Positions 1-12,803 of a stretch of DNA of 64,000 nucleotides are shown here, in pieces. The notes beneath the pieces were generated by a model. The model ran no database searches, had not been told where the DNA came from, and worked only from the letters and a program-made list of their open reading frames with translations. Numbering within the stretch: position 1 is the first letter of the stretch; the number at the start of each line of letters is the position of its first letter. The position numbers and the translations under genes are program-made. The stretch is from Chiloscyllium plagiosum (Eukaryota). Where the stretch lies: assembly GCF_004010195.1 (NCBI RefSeq), contig NC_057716.1:6344899-6408898 (forward strand). The letters run 5' to 3'.

Positions 1-537
1 TCAAAATTGGCCTTTCTCCAATTTAGAACTTCAACTTTTAGATCTGGTCTATCCTTTTCCATTACTATTTTAAAGCGAATAGAATTATGGTCGCTGGCCC
101 CAAAGTGCTCCCCCACTGACACCTCAGTCACCTGCCCTGCCTTATTTCCCAAGAGTAGGTCAGGTTTTGCACCTTTTCTAGTAGGTACATCCAAATACTG
201 AATCAGAAAATTGTCTTGTAGAAATTCCTCAAATTCCTCTCCATCTAAATCTTTAACACTATGGCAGTCCCAGTCGATGTTTGGAAAGTTAAAATCCCCT
301 ACCCTATTATTTTTACAGATAGCTGAGATCTCCTTACAAGTTTGTTTCTCAATTTCCCTCTGACTATTAGGAGGAATGTAATACAATCCTAATAAGGTGA
401 TCATCTCTTTCTTATTTCTCAGTTCCACCCAAATAACTTCCCTGGATGTATTTCCGGGAATATTCTCCCTCAGCACAGCTGTAATGCTATCCCTTATTAA
501 AAATGCCACTCCCCCCCTCTCTTGCTTCCCTTTCTAA
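1..537 (-). mobile_element. CR1-type LINE fragment (ORF2 endonuclease region) in SF3B1 intron 1
   Basis: The reverse complement closely matches the CR1 copy at about 6770-7310 (e.g. gtcagtgggggagcactttgg...ccataattctatt). Confidence 0.85.
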
Positions 538-1068
538 AACACAGGGTGCATTATGGCATACTTGAAAAAAACATCAAAAGTCAGTATGAGTTATACTACA
601 ATTATAAACACAATAATGCAGGCACGATTTTGATAATGTAGAATTCAAAAGTATTAAGAATTACTGACACCGAACAAAAAACGTTTACTAATAGAAACAG
701 TAGGTTTAAATCATATTATCCACAGACACTTCACATTAAATGCAGAACATTTATCAATTTCAAAATTGGTGATCATTTCAACTTTTATTGTCAACAGCAA
801 GATAGTGACATTTCAAACATGACTTTGCAAGTAATTAATATGCCTCATGGTTGCATAAAATTGAACCATTTCTGTCTCAATCTCATATTAAACATAAATG
901 TTTCTCGATCATAAGAATTGGAAAACTGAACTATCTGAATGGTTCTGGGTCGGTTAATAGGAGATTCATCATGTCATTTCTTGGAACAAGTTGTGTCAAG
1001 AAGAACAGAGTTATTCCATGCTTACTGTAAAAGCAAATTGATTTAGAAAAGGGAGACAATGTAAAGCT

Positions 1069-1371
1069 GATTAGATTCCCTACAGTATGGAAACAGGCCA
1101 TTTGGCCCACCAAGTCCACACCAACTCTCTGAAGAGTAACCCACCCAAACCCATTCCCCTACATTTACCCCTAACTAATGTACCTAACACTATGGGCAAT
1201 TTAGCATGGTCAATTCACCTGACCTGCACATCTTTGGATTGTAGGAGGAAACCCACGTCGACACTGGGAGAATGTGTGAACTCCACAGAGACAGTAGGCA
1301 GAGGCGGGAATTGAACCCGGGTCCCTGATGCTGTGAGGCAGCAGTGCTAACCACTGAGCCATCATACCACC
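1069..1371 (-). mobile_element. HE1-type V-SINE (tRNA-derived)
   Basis: The minus strand has an A box (tggctcagtggtt), a B box (ggttcaattcc), a V-domain-like core and a CR1-like tail with an aatct repeat. Confidence 0.85.
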
Positions 1372-1377
1372 CTCATT

Positions 1378-1615
1378 GTGAAATGAGGGGGTAAAATTTA
1401 AGGGTGAGAGATGAAAGATTTAAAAGAGACCCATGGTACAACTTTTACCACAGAGGGTGGATGCATTAATGGAATGAACTGCCACAGGAAATGGTAGTGT
1501 TAGTACACAAATAACATTGAAAAGACATTTGGACAGGTACATGAATAGAAAAGGTTCAAAGGGTTATGGGCCAAATTCAGGCAAATGGAACCAGCTTGGG
1601 AAGCTTGGTCAGCAC
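1378..1615 (+). mobile_element. CR1 LINE 3' end fragment
   Basis: It contains cacagagggtgg...tggaatgaactgcca...catttggacaggtacatgaatag, shared with the other CR1 3' ends in the window. Confidence 0.8.
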
Positions 1616-1629
1616 CTTCATGTACTGAG

Positions 1630-1721
1630 CTGAAAATGTGTTGCTGGAAAAGCGCAGCAGGTCAGGCAGCATCCAAGGCGCAGGAGAATCGACGTTGCGG
1701 GCATGAGCCCTTCTTCAGGAA
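1630..1721 (-). mobile_element. Short Penelope-derived insertion with a degenerate hammerhead core
   Basis: A 12-bp direct repeat TCATGTACTGAG lies at 1618-1629 and 1722-1733. The minus strand reads CTGAAGA-A-GGGC-TCAT-GCCC-GCAA-CGTC. Confidence 0.8.
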
Positions 1722-2439
1722 TCATGTACTGAGAAAAGCTCACTGGACATGAAATGTTTACTGATTTCTCTCCACAGATGCTGAAAGACCTGTTGAGCTT
1801 CTCTAGCAATTTGTTTTTGAATAATCTGAAATCTCATTTGCTTTTCATAAATAGTTATCCAATTCTGAAGAAAATTCATATTTGACTTGAAACATTAATT
1901 CAATCTTTCAGCTGGAGAAAGAAACTGTAATTTAGCGGTTTTGCTTCACGGTGAAACAAAGCAAAGCAACGAGGACCAACACCACTCCTGAGTCATGGCG
2001 GCTTTACGAAGTGTTGATCAAATTCTCATTCATCGACTTTATAAGCAACATTGTGTTTTAATGTTTTGGGTGTGTTAACACCGTCACTTAAGATCTCAAA
2101 ACGTTGACGATTTGTAAATAGGGGCAGAGCTGTGGATACTTGTGTAAGCAATATTAATGTAGCAAGAATTACGATACACAAAAACTGCAGTACTTGGCAA
2201 TCCAGGCCAAGATAAAGCTAGCTAGTTGTGTGCTTCAAATCAAATCAAAATTTGATAACATGACTCTTTATTACTATCGACTATGCTACTCTTAAGGCCA
2301 TCCAGTAGGAAAACACGTGAGTCCCGATTTCAACACTGCACCCCAAGCAGAAACGGGGACTGGGTCGAAATCGGATCTACCTTCTTAACAATCTCCACAT
2401 TAAATCGGGATACAATGCAATGATGTAGTCAGCCGCTCT

Positions 2440-3040
2440 CTATTTTTTTCCGATGCTGGCGGTGGATCGTCCTTATTGACAAGGCCGCAGTCTGACTGCG
2501 TCAGTCCGCCTGGCTCCAATCTCGGCAAAACTCAGCCACCGAAAGCCCATTAAGACCGCGTGTGGTGAAGGCACTTGAACTAAGACCATCCACCCAGCCA
2601 GCCCTCCTATTTCAAGAACTAGTCAGTGCTGCGGGAGAGCCGAAGTCGCTTGTGCTACAAGCCTCTCCTTTGGCCTCATTTGCGCTCTCAAGAGCGACGC
2701 CATTTCCTGAGCCAGCCAGCGCTCGCACATCAAAACTGCGGCCACATTTCTTACAGCCCAAGACCTCTGCTCGCACCTGGAGGAACTACGGACACTACCT
2801 ACAGAAACTTCCTTGTAACCTCAACTCGCCTTTTTGAAACAAAAGGTGACGGAATAGAGTCCTATACAGTCCCCCCCCCCATTACCTTCGTGAGTCTTGG
2901 CGATCTTCGCCATTTTGTACAGCGGTCGCGAGCGGAACCCGCGGGGATGTGGGCGGGCCCCGGGATTTGATTGACAGCAGCTCCTCTGCAGAGACAGCGC
3001 CAATACTCCTTCGTCTGAGCTCACTCCAGGCGGCACTGTT
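2440..3040. promoter_or_regulatory. CpG-rich SF3B1 promoter/first-exon region
   Basis: GC and CpG content are high relative to the flanks. Motifs: GC box GGGCGG 2951-2956, YY1-like CGCCATTTT over the start codon, TGATTGACAG 2968-2977. Confidence 0.75.
2886..2913 (-). CDS. SF3B1: Splicing factor 3B subunit 1, coding part of exon 1 (MAKIAKTHE/D); the rest of the gene lies left of the window
   Basis: The minus strand reads ATG GCG AAG ATC GCC AAG ACT CAC GAA G|gtaat, the conserved SF3B1 N-terminus with a 28-nt coding first exon. It lies in a CpG-rich region, head-to-head with COQ10B as in mammals. Confidence 0.93.
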
Positions 3041-3479
3041 ATTCTCTAAGGGATGCCAGTCAAATCACTGCTGTTAACAAAATAAATTGCCAATGTCATT
3101 ATGAAAATCGTTTTCTTCGCTTTGTGGATGCCGCACTTTTAACTGCGTTGCAACATTCTTTGGTAGTTTGAAAATTTTCTAAAATATAAACGAGACACTC
3201 AGTCAGTTTTATTTTGTCACATCGGTGGAATTGTTATTCAACTGTGTCGAGCATGGTAATGAAACTTTTACTACCTGCGACTTGGTAATACAAATTTGAA
3301 GTTTTCTAACGTTTCTGTAGTCATGAAGTGTATGGGTAAATGAATGGCACATAAAATTTAATGCACACAAAGTGTAAAGCACAAGCCATTAAACAGAAAC
3401 ATAAGTAACTGTAAACTAAATGGGAAAATGACAAGTGTAACCACAGCTTATGAACATTTTTTAGCAGCCAAAGATTCCC

Positions 3480-4300
3480 CTCCTTTGTCCTTAACTAAAT
3501 CCATCCCATTTCCCACACCCATTTTGACTAAAACCATAACAGAATTCTCCTTGTTCTCATCTTCCACCCCACAATCAACAGATAATTTCTGAAGTCTCCA
3601 CCACAAACACATCGTCCCCTTCTCTTTCAGCATTCTGAAAGGAATTATTTCCTCTTCAACAGTATCCGTGACAGCCCTGTGTCCAATACTTATTTCCATT
3701 CTCCAGTACCTTCTCATGAGAGCACAGAAGGTGCAACATGAAAGAAGTTATCCTCTCTTGTCAATGACGCACAATTTAATTCTTGTCAGGTGAAAATTGG
3801 ACTTACTTGTACATTTTTCAGCTTGGTATAATGTACTCACTGGCTAAGTCTAGTGTCTTCTACAGCAGGAAACCCAGCACAGGCTCAGTGATCATTTTGC
3901 TGAAAAGAAAGACTTGTGATTGTATAATATCTTCCACAACTCAAGCGCTTCTCAAAGTACTTCTCAATACAAATATCAGGAACAATGGCTCATTTTTCAA
4001 TAGGTAATTGCAATCTGCATCCCTGCATTCTTCTTCACACCACGAGGCTGGGAGAACTCTCTCTTTTTTGTGATATATTCCATCCTTCCCTCTCCCTCTG
4101 CTATTCTGTGTAACCATTTATTTCTCCCCTAGATCATTTTTTGTTGTATGTCCCATTACCTTTGTAATTCAATCACAAGTATGAAGAAAAAATGTGGATG
4201 CTGTAAATTTGAAATTAACACTACAAATACTGGAAATATGCAGTAATTCTATTTGTGGACAATGGAACAAAGTTATGTTTTCAGGTTGAGGACCCTTCAA
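3480..4300. mobile_element. Old, highly decayed Penelope-like element remnant
   Basis: There is weak resemblance to the RT/GIY-YIG region of the better-preserved copy at 31030-31612, plus a hammerhead-like remnant near 4270-4300. Confidence 0.45.
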
Positions 4301-5431
4301 TATTTAGGATTAAGTTTCACCAATTTGAACTGTTAGAATATTGATCTAACCAAAGAAGTTGAATACAAGTCAAAGGAAGCCAAGGTTGAATTTCTACAGT
4401 CCTTAGGTTAGACCACGATGTAAGTACTTTAGTCCATTTACAAGACTGGAGATAATACAAACCAGGAGATGGATTCCTGATGTCAAAGCTTAAACAGAAG
4501 GTTGAATAAAAGGGAGTGAAAGGGACATTGAAACAGAATAGGCATAAAATTAGGATTAATTTTTCAGTGAGAAAAAAAGTACTCAATACAAGCTGTTAGA
4601 GCAGAATGATTGGTTTCCATGTTGTATTTTCTGTGATGCCATTCATAAGAAGTATGCTAAAGGTGAACTAACAGAGGTGTATGGAAAAACAAATAAAATA
4701 TCAGTATGAAAAACTGTTTGTAATTAAATTGTAAGTAAAATAAGAAGATAGATGAAGATTACATCAAGTGATTGGTAAATGTAGGACTGATATCAGGAAG
4801 GTCTTACAGAAGGAATGATCTACATTTGAAATCAGGGGCCAATTAATTTTTAGACATATTCATCCCTTTATCAGAAATCACAGCCAAATAAAGGCCATTT
4901 CTAATATTCAGCATTATGCTAAGTAGCTGCATACAATTGCTGGATCAAATTGAGTTGACATTTGAAATGACTGTTTCAAAGAGACAGAATTTCTGAGTTC
5001 ATGGATCAGGAAGGATAAGAGTCATGATGAACTCTTGGTAGGGCCTAGAATATTCTTTGTGCCTATTGTTTCAAGAATCTTTCATCCAGCTATGTCTGTA
5101 ATAGACTCAGTACAATATTGGAGCTGGATGTACTTCGGAAACAAATTGGATACTACAATAGAGTGACTGTCGGTTGTTTCTGGATGGATCAATTAATATT
5201 GATCAAATAGTCTGCCTAAATCATAATTATCTTGTGATTACATGACCTTGAAGATACAGTTAGAAACTGTTATGAATCTTGGGTTTTGATCATTGCAGAA
5301 GATAACAATTTTTGTTGTACAGAATTTAATTTTCCTAGTAAATTTTCAAGGGACCCTTTAGCAGAGTAATATATCCTAATGCCCTCTTTCTGTGTTGTAG
5401 GGATTCTATCATTCTAAGATGGTTACAAAGG

Positions 5432-5780
5432 GGAGGCTGTGGTCTCACAGTTGGGTCACTGAACTAGTAATACAGAACTGCAGTTTAATGTTCTGGGGAT
5501 GTAGGTTTGCATTTCACCATAACAGATGTGGAAATTTGAATTCAATTAAAAAAAACTGGCTCAATTGAAACCATTGTTTGCTGATTGTCATTGAAGATCT
5601 TTCTGATTCACTAATGCACTTTAGAGAAGGAAATCTTTCATCTTTATCTGGTCTGGCTTACATATATGACTCCAGACCACAACAATGAACTTCTCTCAAA
5701 CCTGCTCTCTGGGTAATTAGGAAGTGGAATAAATGATGGCCTAGCCAGTGATGGTTACATCCCTGAAGGAATTAAAAACA
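5432..5780 (+). mobile_element. Old tRNA-derived SINE with a LINE-like 3' tail
   Basis: It has a degenerate tRNA head and the tail gggtaattagg...aataaatgatggcctagccagtgatg, shared with the LINE 3' ends at about 27600 and 62720. Confidence 0.55.
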
Positions 5781-7616
5781 AACAAAATTTGACACTAAAC
5801 CATATGAACAGATCTTATGACAGATAACCAAAAACTTGAGAAAACAGATAGGTTTTACAGAGGATCTTAAATTCTTATAATGTAAACTGACAGTATATAA
5901 ATATTTCTAGCACTGTAGCAATTTAGTCTTGCATTTCTCAGCACATTAGATTGTATAGCCATCTTATGAGTTAAAAATCAATTAATCTGTCAAGTTGTAA
6001 TGTTTTGCTACACTATATGTATCAAATCAAAGTAGTATTTAAGATTATGATGCAATACTATTTTTAAAGTTATAGTTTGCATTATATTTGTGCATCTAAT
6101 CTCTACCTTTTAAATATATTTCTCTTGAAGATTAATGTGTGACTTTAAGTGAGATAGGAATACAGGAACAGAATGACCCATGGGTGGACATACCATCTTT
6201 GAGGTTGGCAAGATGGATTCAAAAATCATATGTGATCCTTCACTTTGAAAAAGGGAGACATAATGAGCAAAAACAAGGAAGTTGTGCCAAACATTCATAA
6301 AAAATTGGATAGATATCAGCTAAAGCATTATATTCAGTTGTGGGCACCACACTTTAACAATGTAAGTCTTAGTGATGGTTCGAGGAGATTTTCGAGAATA
6401 GTCCTGGAAATGTGAGGCTTCAGTCACATGTGAAATTGGGGTTGTTCTCTTTAAGAAACAGAAAATTAGAGGGAGATTTAATAGGCTTATTCAAAATTAT
6501 GAAGTATTTTGTTCAAATTAATTATAAGGAACAGTTTCTACTGGCAGAAGGTTGGTAATCACAGGACTTACAATTAAGGTAACTTATAAAAGAACTGGAG
6601 GCAAGATTAGAAGAATTTTCTTTACAAGTAAATCTGATGAACTCAGGGCATGGTTGGGAACACAGGACTGGGACATCATAGCAATTACAGAGATGTGGTT
6701 CAGGGACAGACAGGACTGACAGCGTATTGTTCCAGGGTATATAGATGCTACAGGAAGGATAGAACGTGGGGCAAGAGAGGATGAGGAGTGGTGCTTTTGA
6801 GTAGGGATACCATTACAGCTGTACTTAGGGTGGATATTCCTGGGATTATATCCAAGCAAGTTATTTGAGTGGAATTGAGAAATAAGAAAGGGACAATCAC
6901 CTTATTGGGATTGTATTATAGACCCCTCCCCCATAATAGTCAGCGGGAAATTCAGAAACAAATTTCTAAGGAGTTCTCAGTTATTAGTAAGAATAATAGG
7001 ATTGTTAAAGTAGGGGTTTTAACTTTCCAGACAAAGACTTGGAATGCCATAGTATTATGGGCTTAGATGGAGAAGAATTTGTTAAGTGTGTACAAAAAAG
7101 AATTCTGATTTAGTATGCGGATATACCTTCTAGAGAAGGTGCAAAACTTGGCCTACACTTGAAAATAAGGCAGGGCAGGTGTCTGAGGTGTCAGTGGGGG
7201 AGCACTTTGGTGCCAGTAACCATAATTCTATTAGTTTTAAAACAGTGATGGAAAAGGATAGACTGGATCTAAAAGTTAAACTTCTAAACTGGAGGAAGGG
7301 CAATTTTGACAGTATTAGGCAAGAACTTTCAGAAGCTGATTGGCAGTGAATGTTTGAAGGTAAAGGGACAGTTGGAGAATGGAAAGCCTTCAAAAATGAG
7401 ATAATGAGAGTCCAGAGACAGTATGTTGCTGTTAGGGTGAAGGGCAAGGCTGATAGGTGTAGGGAATGCTGGATGACTAGAGAAATGGAGATTTTGGTCA
7501 AGATTAAGAAGGAAGCATATGTCAGGTACAGACAACAGATTTTGAGTGAATCCCCAAAAGGGTACAAAAGCAGTGGGAGTACACTTAAGAGGGAAATCAA
7601 GAGGACAAAAAAAGGA

Positions 7617-7921
7617 ACATGGTAGAGCTTTGGCAAATAGGGTTAAGGAGAGTCCAAAGGGTTTTTTACAAATACATTAAGGACAAAAGAATAACTAGGG
7701 AGAGAATAGGGCCCCTTAAAGATCAGAAAGGCTGCCCATGTGTGGAACTGCAAGAGATGGGGGAGATACACATGAGATAGCTTTGGCATATCGGGTTAAG
7801 GAGAGTCCAAAGGGATTTTACAAATACATTAAGGACAAAAGAATAACTAGGGAGAGAATAGGGCCCCTTATAGATCAGAAAGGCTGCCCATGTGTGGAAC
7901 TGCAAGAGATGGGGGAGATAC
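7617..7921 (+). repeat. Tandem duplication of about 152 bp inside the CR1 ORF2
   Basis: 7617-7769 and 7770-7921 are near-identical (agctttggca...aggagagtccaaaggg...gagatgggggagatac). Confidence 0.9.
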
Positions 7922-8137
7922 TAAATGAGTATTTTGCATCAGTGTTTATTAAGGATAATGATATGGAAGATAGAGAATGTGAGCAAATAAATAGCAACAG
8001 CTTGGAAAATGTCCATATTACAGAGGAGGAGGTGCTGGATGTCTCAAAACGCATAAATTAGATAAATCTCCAGGACCTGATCAGGTGTACCCCAGAAGCT
8101 AGGGAAGTGATTGCTGGACCCCTTGCTGGGGTATTTA

Positions 8138-8441
8138 GAACATAGACATAGAACATAGAAGAATACAGCGCAGTACAGGCCCTTGGGCCCTCGATGTTGC
8201 GCCGATCCAAGCCCACCTAAACTACACTAACCCACTATCCTCCATATACCTATCCAATGCCCTCTTAAATGCCCATAAAGAGGGAGAGTCCACCACTGTT
8301 ACTGGCAGGGCATTCCATGAACTAACGACTCGCTGAGTGAAGAACCTACCCCTAACATCAGTCCTATATCTACCCCCCCTTAATTTAAAGCTATGCCCCC
8401 TTGTAATACCCGACTCAATACGCGGGAAAAGGTTCATACTT
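8138..8441 (-). mobile_element. Young CR1 3'-end insertion of a different subfamily, nested antisense in the older CR1
   Basis: The minus ORF reads LFPRIESGITRGHSFKLRGGRYRTDVRGRFFTQRVVSSWNALP, with a (ttctatg)n tail and retained CpGs. The host sequence resumes after it. Confidence 0.88.
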
Positions 8442-10114
8442 TATTTGTATTTGTATCATCAATAGCCATAAATGAGCTGCCAGAAGACTGGAGGTTCACT
8501 AATGTAGTGCCACTATTTAAGAAAGGTGGTAAGGAAAAGCCAGAGAACTATAGACCAGTGAGCCAGACATCAATGGGAGGCAAGTTGTTTGAGGGAATCC
8601 TGAGGGACAGGATGTACATGTATTTGGAAAGGCAAGGACTGATTAGGGATAGTCAACATGGCTTTGTGTGTGGGAAATCATGTCTCACAAACTTGAGTTT
8701 TTGTAGAAGTAACAAAGAGGATTGATGAGGGTAGAGCAGAGTACGTGATCTATATGGATTTCAGTAAGATGTTAGACAAAGTTCCTCATGGTTGACTGGT
8801 TAGCAAGGTTAGATTACCTGGAATACAAGGAGAACTAGCCATTTGGATACAGAACTGGCTCGAAGGTAAAAGACAGAGGATGGGTGGTGCCGGGCTGCTT
8901 TTCAGGCCAGAGGCCAGTAACCAGCTGTGTGCCACAAGGGTCAGTGCTGGGTCCACTGCTTCTTGTCATTTATATAAATGATTTGGACGTGAACATAGGA
9001 GATATGGTTAATAAGATTGCAGATTACACCAAAATTGGAGGTGTAGTGGATATTGAAGAAGGTTACCTCAGAGTACAATGGGATCTTGATCAGTTGGGCC
9101 AATGGGCTGAAGAATGGCAGATGGAGTTTAATTTAGATAGGTCTGAGGTGCTGCATTTTGGAAAGGCAAATATTGTGGGACTTACACACTTTATGGTATG
9201 ATCCTCGGGTGTGTTGCAGAACCAAGAGACCTTGGAGTGCAGTCACAGGGAGAAGGATAGTGATCGCAGAAGATCACAGGATAGTGAAGAAGGTGTTTGG
9301 TATACATTGAGTATAGGAGTTGGGAGGTCATATTGCGGCTGTACAGGACATTGGTTAGGCAACTTTTGGAAGACTGTGTTCAATTCTGGTCTCCCTCCTA
9401 TCAGAAGGATGTTATGAAACTTGAAACAGTTCAGAAAAGATTTACAAGGATATTGCCAGGTTTGGAGGGTTTGAGCTGTGGGGAGAGACTGATAGGGCTA
9501 TTTTCCCTGCAGCATTGGAGGCTGAGGATGACCTTATAGAAGTTTATAAAATCATGAGGGGCATGGATAAGGTAAATAGATAAAGTTTTTTCCCCAGGGT
9601 GGGGGAGTCCACAACTAGAGGGCAGAGGTTTAAGGTGAGGGGGGAAAGATTTAAAAGAAACCTATGGGCAACTTTTCCACACAGAGGGTTGTAGGTGTGT
9701 GATATAAGCTACCAGAGGAAGTGGTGGAGGCTGGTACAATTTAAAAGTCATCAAGATGGGTATATGAATAGGAAGGGTTTAGAGCAATATGGGCCAAATG
9801 CTGGCAAATGGGACTAGATTTATTTAGGATGGTATGGATGAGTTGGACTGAGGTGTTTCCATCTCTATGACTATATGACTCTGTGTAAAGCTGGAATGCT
9901 TTTCTTGAAAGGATGATGGAAGCTGGTTCAATAACAATTTTCAAAAGAAATATAAGTATTTGAAAGTCCATGGGGAAAGAACAAGGAAATAGAGCTAATT
10001 GCATAGAAGGATCATTGCTCCAAAAATTAGGGAATAGAATCATTGTGGATAGAGCTTGGGAACATCAAGGGCCAGAAAATATTCATGGGAATAGGTAACA
10101 GGCCCCCTACTATT

Positions 10115-10305
10115 CGAAAAGTGTGGCGCTGGACAAGCACAGCAGGTCAGGCAGCATCCGAGGAACAGGAGAGTCTACGTTTTGGGCATAAGCCCGAAAC
10201 ATCCACTCTCCTGCTCCTTGGATGCTGCTTGACCTGCTGTGCTTTTCCAGGGCTATACTTTTCAACTCTGATCTCCAGCATCTGCAGTCCTCCCTTTCTC
10301 CCTAG
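10115..10305. mobile_element. Fold-back (inverted-repeat) Penelope-derived element
   Basis: Arms 10115-10187 and 10192-10265 are reverse complements centred on GGGC-ATAA-GCCC. A tactatt direct repeat lies at 10108-10114 and 10306-10312. Confidence 0.8.
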
Positions 10306-10919
10306 TACTATTTACCATTTGACAGAGCATTAAACAATAAATTATTGTAGTTTGATGTAATAGTTATAGGGAACTTTAATCTTCAGTTAGTCGAGACAAA
10401 TCAAATTTCAAAGGAGGTCTGGAAGATGAGGTTTTAGAATATTTTTGTGAAGGTTTCCCAGAACAATATATCATGGATCCAACTAAGGGTAAGGTTATTT
10501 TAGAGCTGGTATTGTTTAATGAGGCAGAGTTAATTATTAATGTCATAGTAAGAGGTCCACTTGGAAGGAGTGATCATAATACAACTGAGTTCCACATTAA
10601 GTTTGAAAATTGTGTACTCTAATCATTGTAATAATCTTAAATTTAGACAAATCCAATTTAGGGATATGAGGAGAGAAAGCTGGCTCTAGTTAATTAGGTA
10701 AATAGACTAAAAGGTATGGCTATAAATAAACAGTGGGAAACCATTAAAGAAACATTTAAAATGCTCAACGAAAGATATTCCACTGACAAACTTGTGGGAA
10801 AGATCCATTTATGCTTTACTAAGGAATTTAAAGATTTTAGATTAAATTAACAGTTAAATGATATTGCAATGAATAATATTAATTTGAGAGACTCTGGATT
10901 ATTTTAGAAATTAAAAAAA

Positions 10920-11450
10920 GGTCTCCTTGTTATAGGAAAGATGTTGTGAAATTTGAAAAGGTTCAAAAACGACTTGCAAGGATATTGTAAGGGTTGGAGG
11001 TTTTTAGCTATAGGGAGAGGCTGAAAAGGCTGGGGCTATTTTCCCTGGAATGTTCGAGGCTGAGGGATGACCTTACAGAAGTCTATAAAATCATGAGGGG
11101 ATGGATAGAGTAGGAAGTACAGTCAAGGTCTTTTCTGCAGGGTGGGGGAGTCCAAAACTAGATGGCATAGATTTAAAGTAAGAGGAGAAATATTTAAAAG
11201 GGACCTACGGGGCAACATTTTCATGCGGACGTTGCTGTACGTATGAAATGAGCTGCCAGAGGAGGTGGTGGAGGCTGGTATAATTACAACATTTGAAAGG
11301 TGTCTGGACGGGTATATGAATAGAATGAGTTTAGAGGGATATGGACCAAATGCTGGCAAGTGGGACTAGATTAATTTAGGATATGTGGTAGGCATGGACA
11401 AGTTGGACCAAAGAGTCTATTTCTGTGCGTACATCTGTATGCATGTATGT
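10920..11450 (+). mobile_element. CR1 LINE 3' fragment
   Basis: It parallels 9390-9880 (ORF2 C-terminus plus 3' UTR). Confidence 0.85.
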
Positions 11451-12506
11451 ATGAAATCTCTTGAACAGCCATCATTTGCACGATGGATCAAATGATCAAT
11501 TTTAAGCTATCCTCTTTACTTCAATGTGTCCAGCCTGTTATATTAATTTACATTAATTTTTAAAAAGATATTTTTAATCAACCTGTCTAGACACGTTACA
11601 ATATACCTCTGCTGCATTTGGGACTTGAACCTAGGCCTTCTCGGCCCAGAAGTATGGGCAGCACCTGTGTACCACAGTAGCCCATCAATTAAGTATATGG
11701 TTATTTTTAATCAACCTATTCAGCCAGGTTAGCCACTTCTGAGGCAGGTGCATGTATGGAATGAGTTGCCAGAGGGGGTAGAGGAGGAACCTGACCTAGG
11801 GGTAGGGACATTAATACTGAGTCACAAGACAATTATAGTTCCTTGTTCACTGGTCCATGAGGTTGGAACCTCAGTCATTAGACTGCTTCTCAAAACTGCA
11901 AATATTGGCCAATTTTGTAACTCATTAAGATGCGTTAAAAACATAATATATTGTATGTAATGTAGTATTATAATAATAAATTCAAGTCTCAAAATTATAG
12001 CAATAATTACACCTCAAACACAATTGGCTCTAAAGCACTTTTGGAAACATAGAGGTCATGAAATGTGCTTTCTCAATGCAAGTCTTTTTTTCTTCATTTG
12101 AATAATTTATTTCTAAGTACTTTACTTAGATCTGCATTTTATTTTGGTACTGTGTAGAGTGTACAGGCTATCATTTACAGAACACAATGGACCAAAATGT
12201 CATATAATGCAGTATTAATTCACCTTGAATAGTAATTAACATTTGGCCAGACAACTTTTCTTCTAATGTGTTCTGACTCTGATCATCCACAAAGCAAATG
12301 AGATGTTCAGAGAGTTATTTAACAACCAAATGAAGTGGAATAGAATGCACTCTTTGGTTAAATAGACAAGTACACTTTCTAAATTGGAAAATAGAAGATT
12401 TCATGGAGGAAGCTGCCTTTTCAAACTTTAACTTCCTTATCCTTTTGAATTTATAAGCCTGAAAAAAGGGAACCTGTGATTCAAAGTTGTCTTTGTGAAA
12501 AAAACA

Positions 12507-12803
12507 ATCCAGAACTAGAGGGCATAGGTTTAGGGCAAGAGGGGCAAGATATAAAAGAAACATATGGGGCAACTTTTTCACTCAGAGGGTGATGTGTGTA
12601 TGGAATCAGCTGCCAGAAGAAGTGGTGGAGGCTGGTACAATTGCAACATTTAAAAGGCATTTGGGTATATGAATAGGAAGGATTTAAAGGGATATGGGCT
12701 GAACACTGGTAAATGGGAATAGGTTAGGTTGGGATATCTGGTCGGCATGGACTAGTTGGACCAAAGGGTCTGTTTCTGTGTTGTATATCTCTATGACTCT
12801 ATG
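12507..12803 (+). mobile_element. CR1 LINE 3' end
   Basis: It reads agaactagagggcatagg...cagagggtg...ctctatgactctatg tail. Confidence 0.85.

Larger units (their letters stand above)
6620..9882 (+). mobile_element. Near-complete but disrupted CR1 LINE ORF2 (APE endonuclease + reverse transcriptase) with 3' UTR
   Basis: ORF fragments include DELRAW..DWDIIAITE, LLGLYYRP, NVVPLFKKGGKEKPENYRPVS, QHGFVCGKSCLTNL, VPQGSVLGPLL and IADYTKIGG (decayed FADD). There are many stops and frameshifts and a (ctatga)n tail. Confidence 0.95.

Noticed and set aside
2562-2970. Plus-strand 91 and 114 aa ORFs antisense to SF3B1 exon 1 (and similar ORFs at 16641-17543)
   Set aside because: They are an expected by-product of stop-poor GC-rich promoters, mostly with non-ATG starts and no recognisable protein features.
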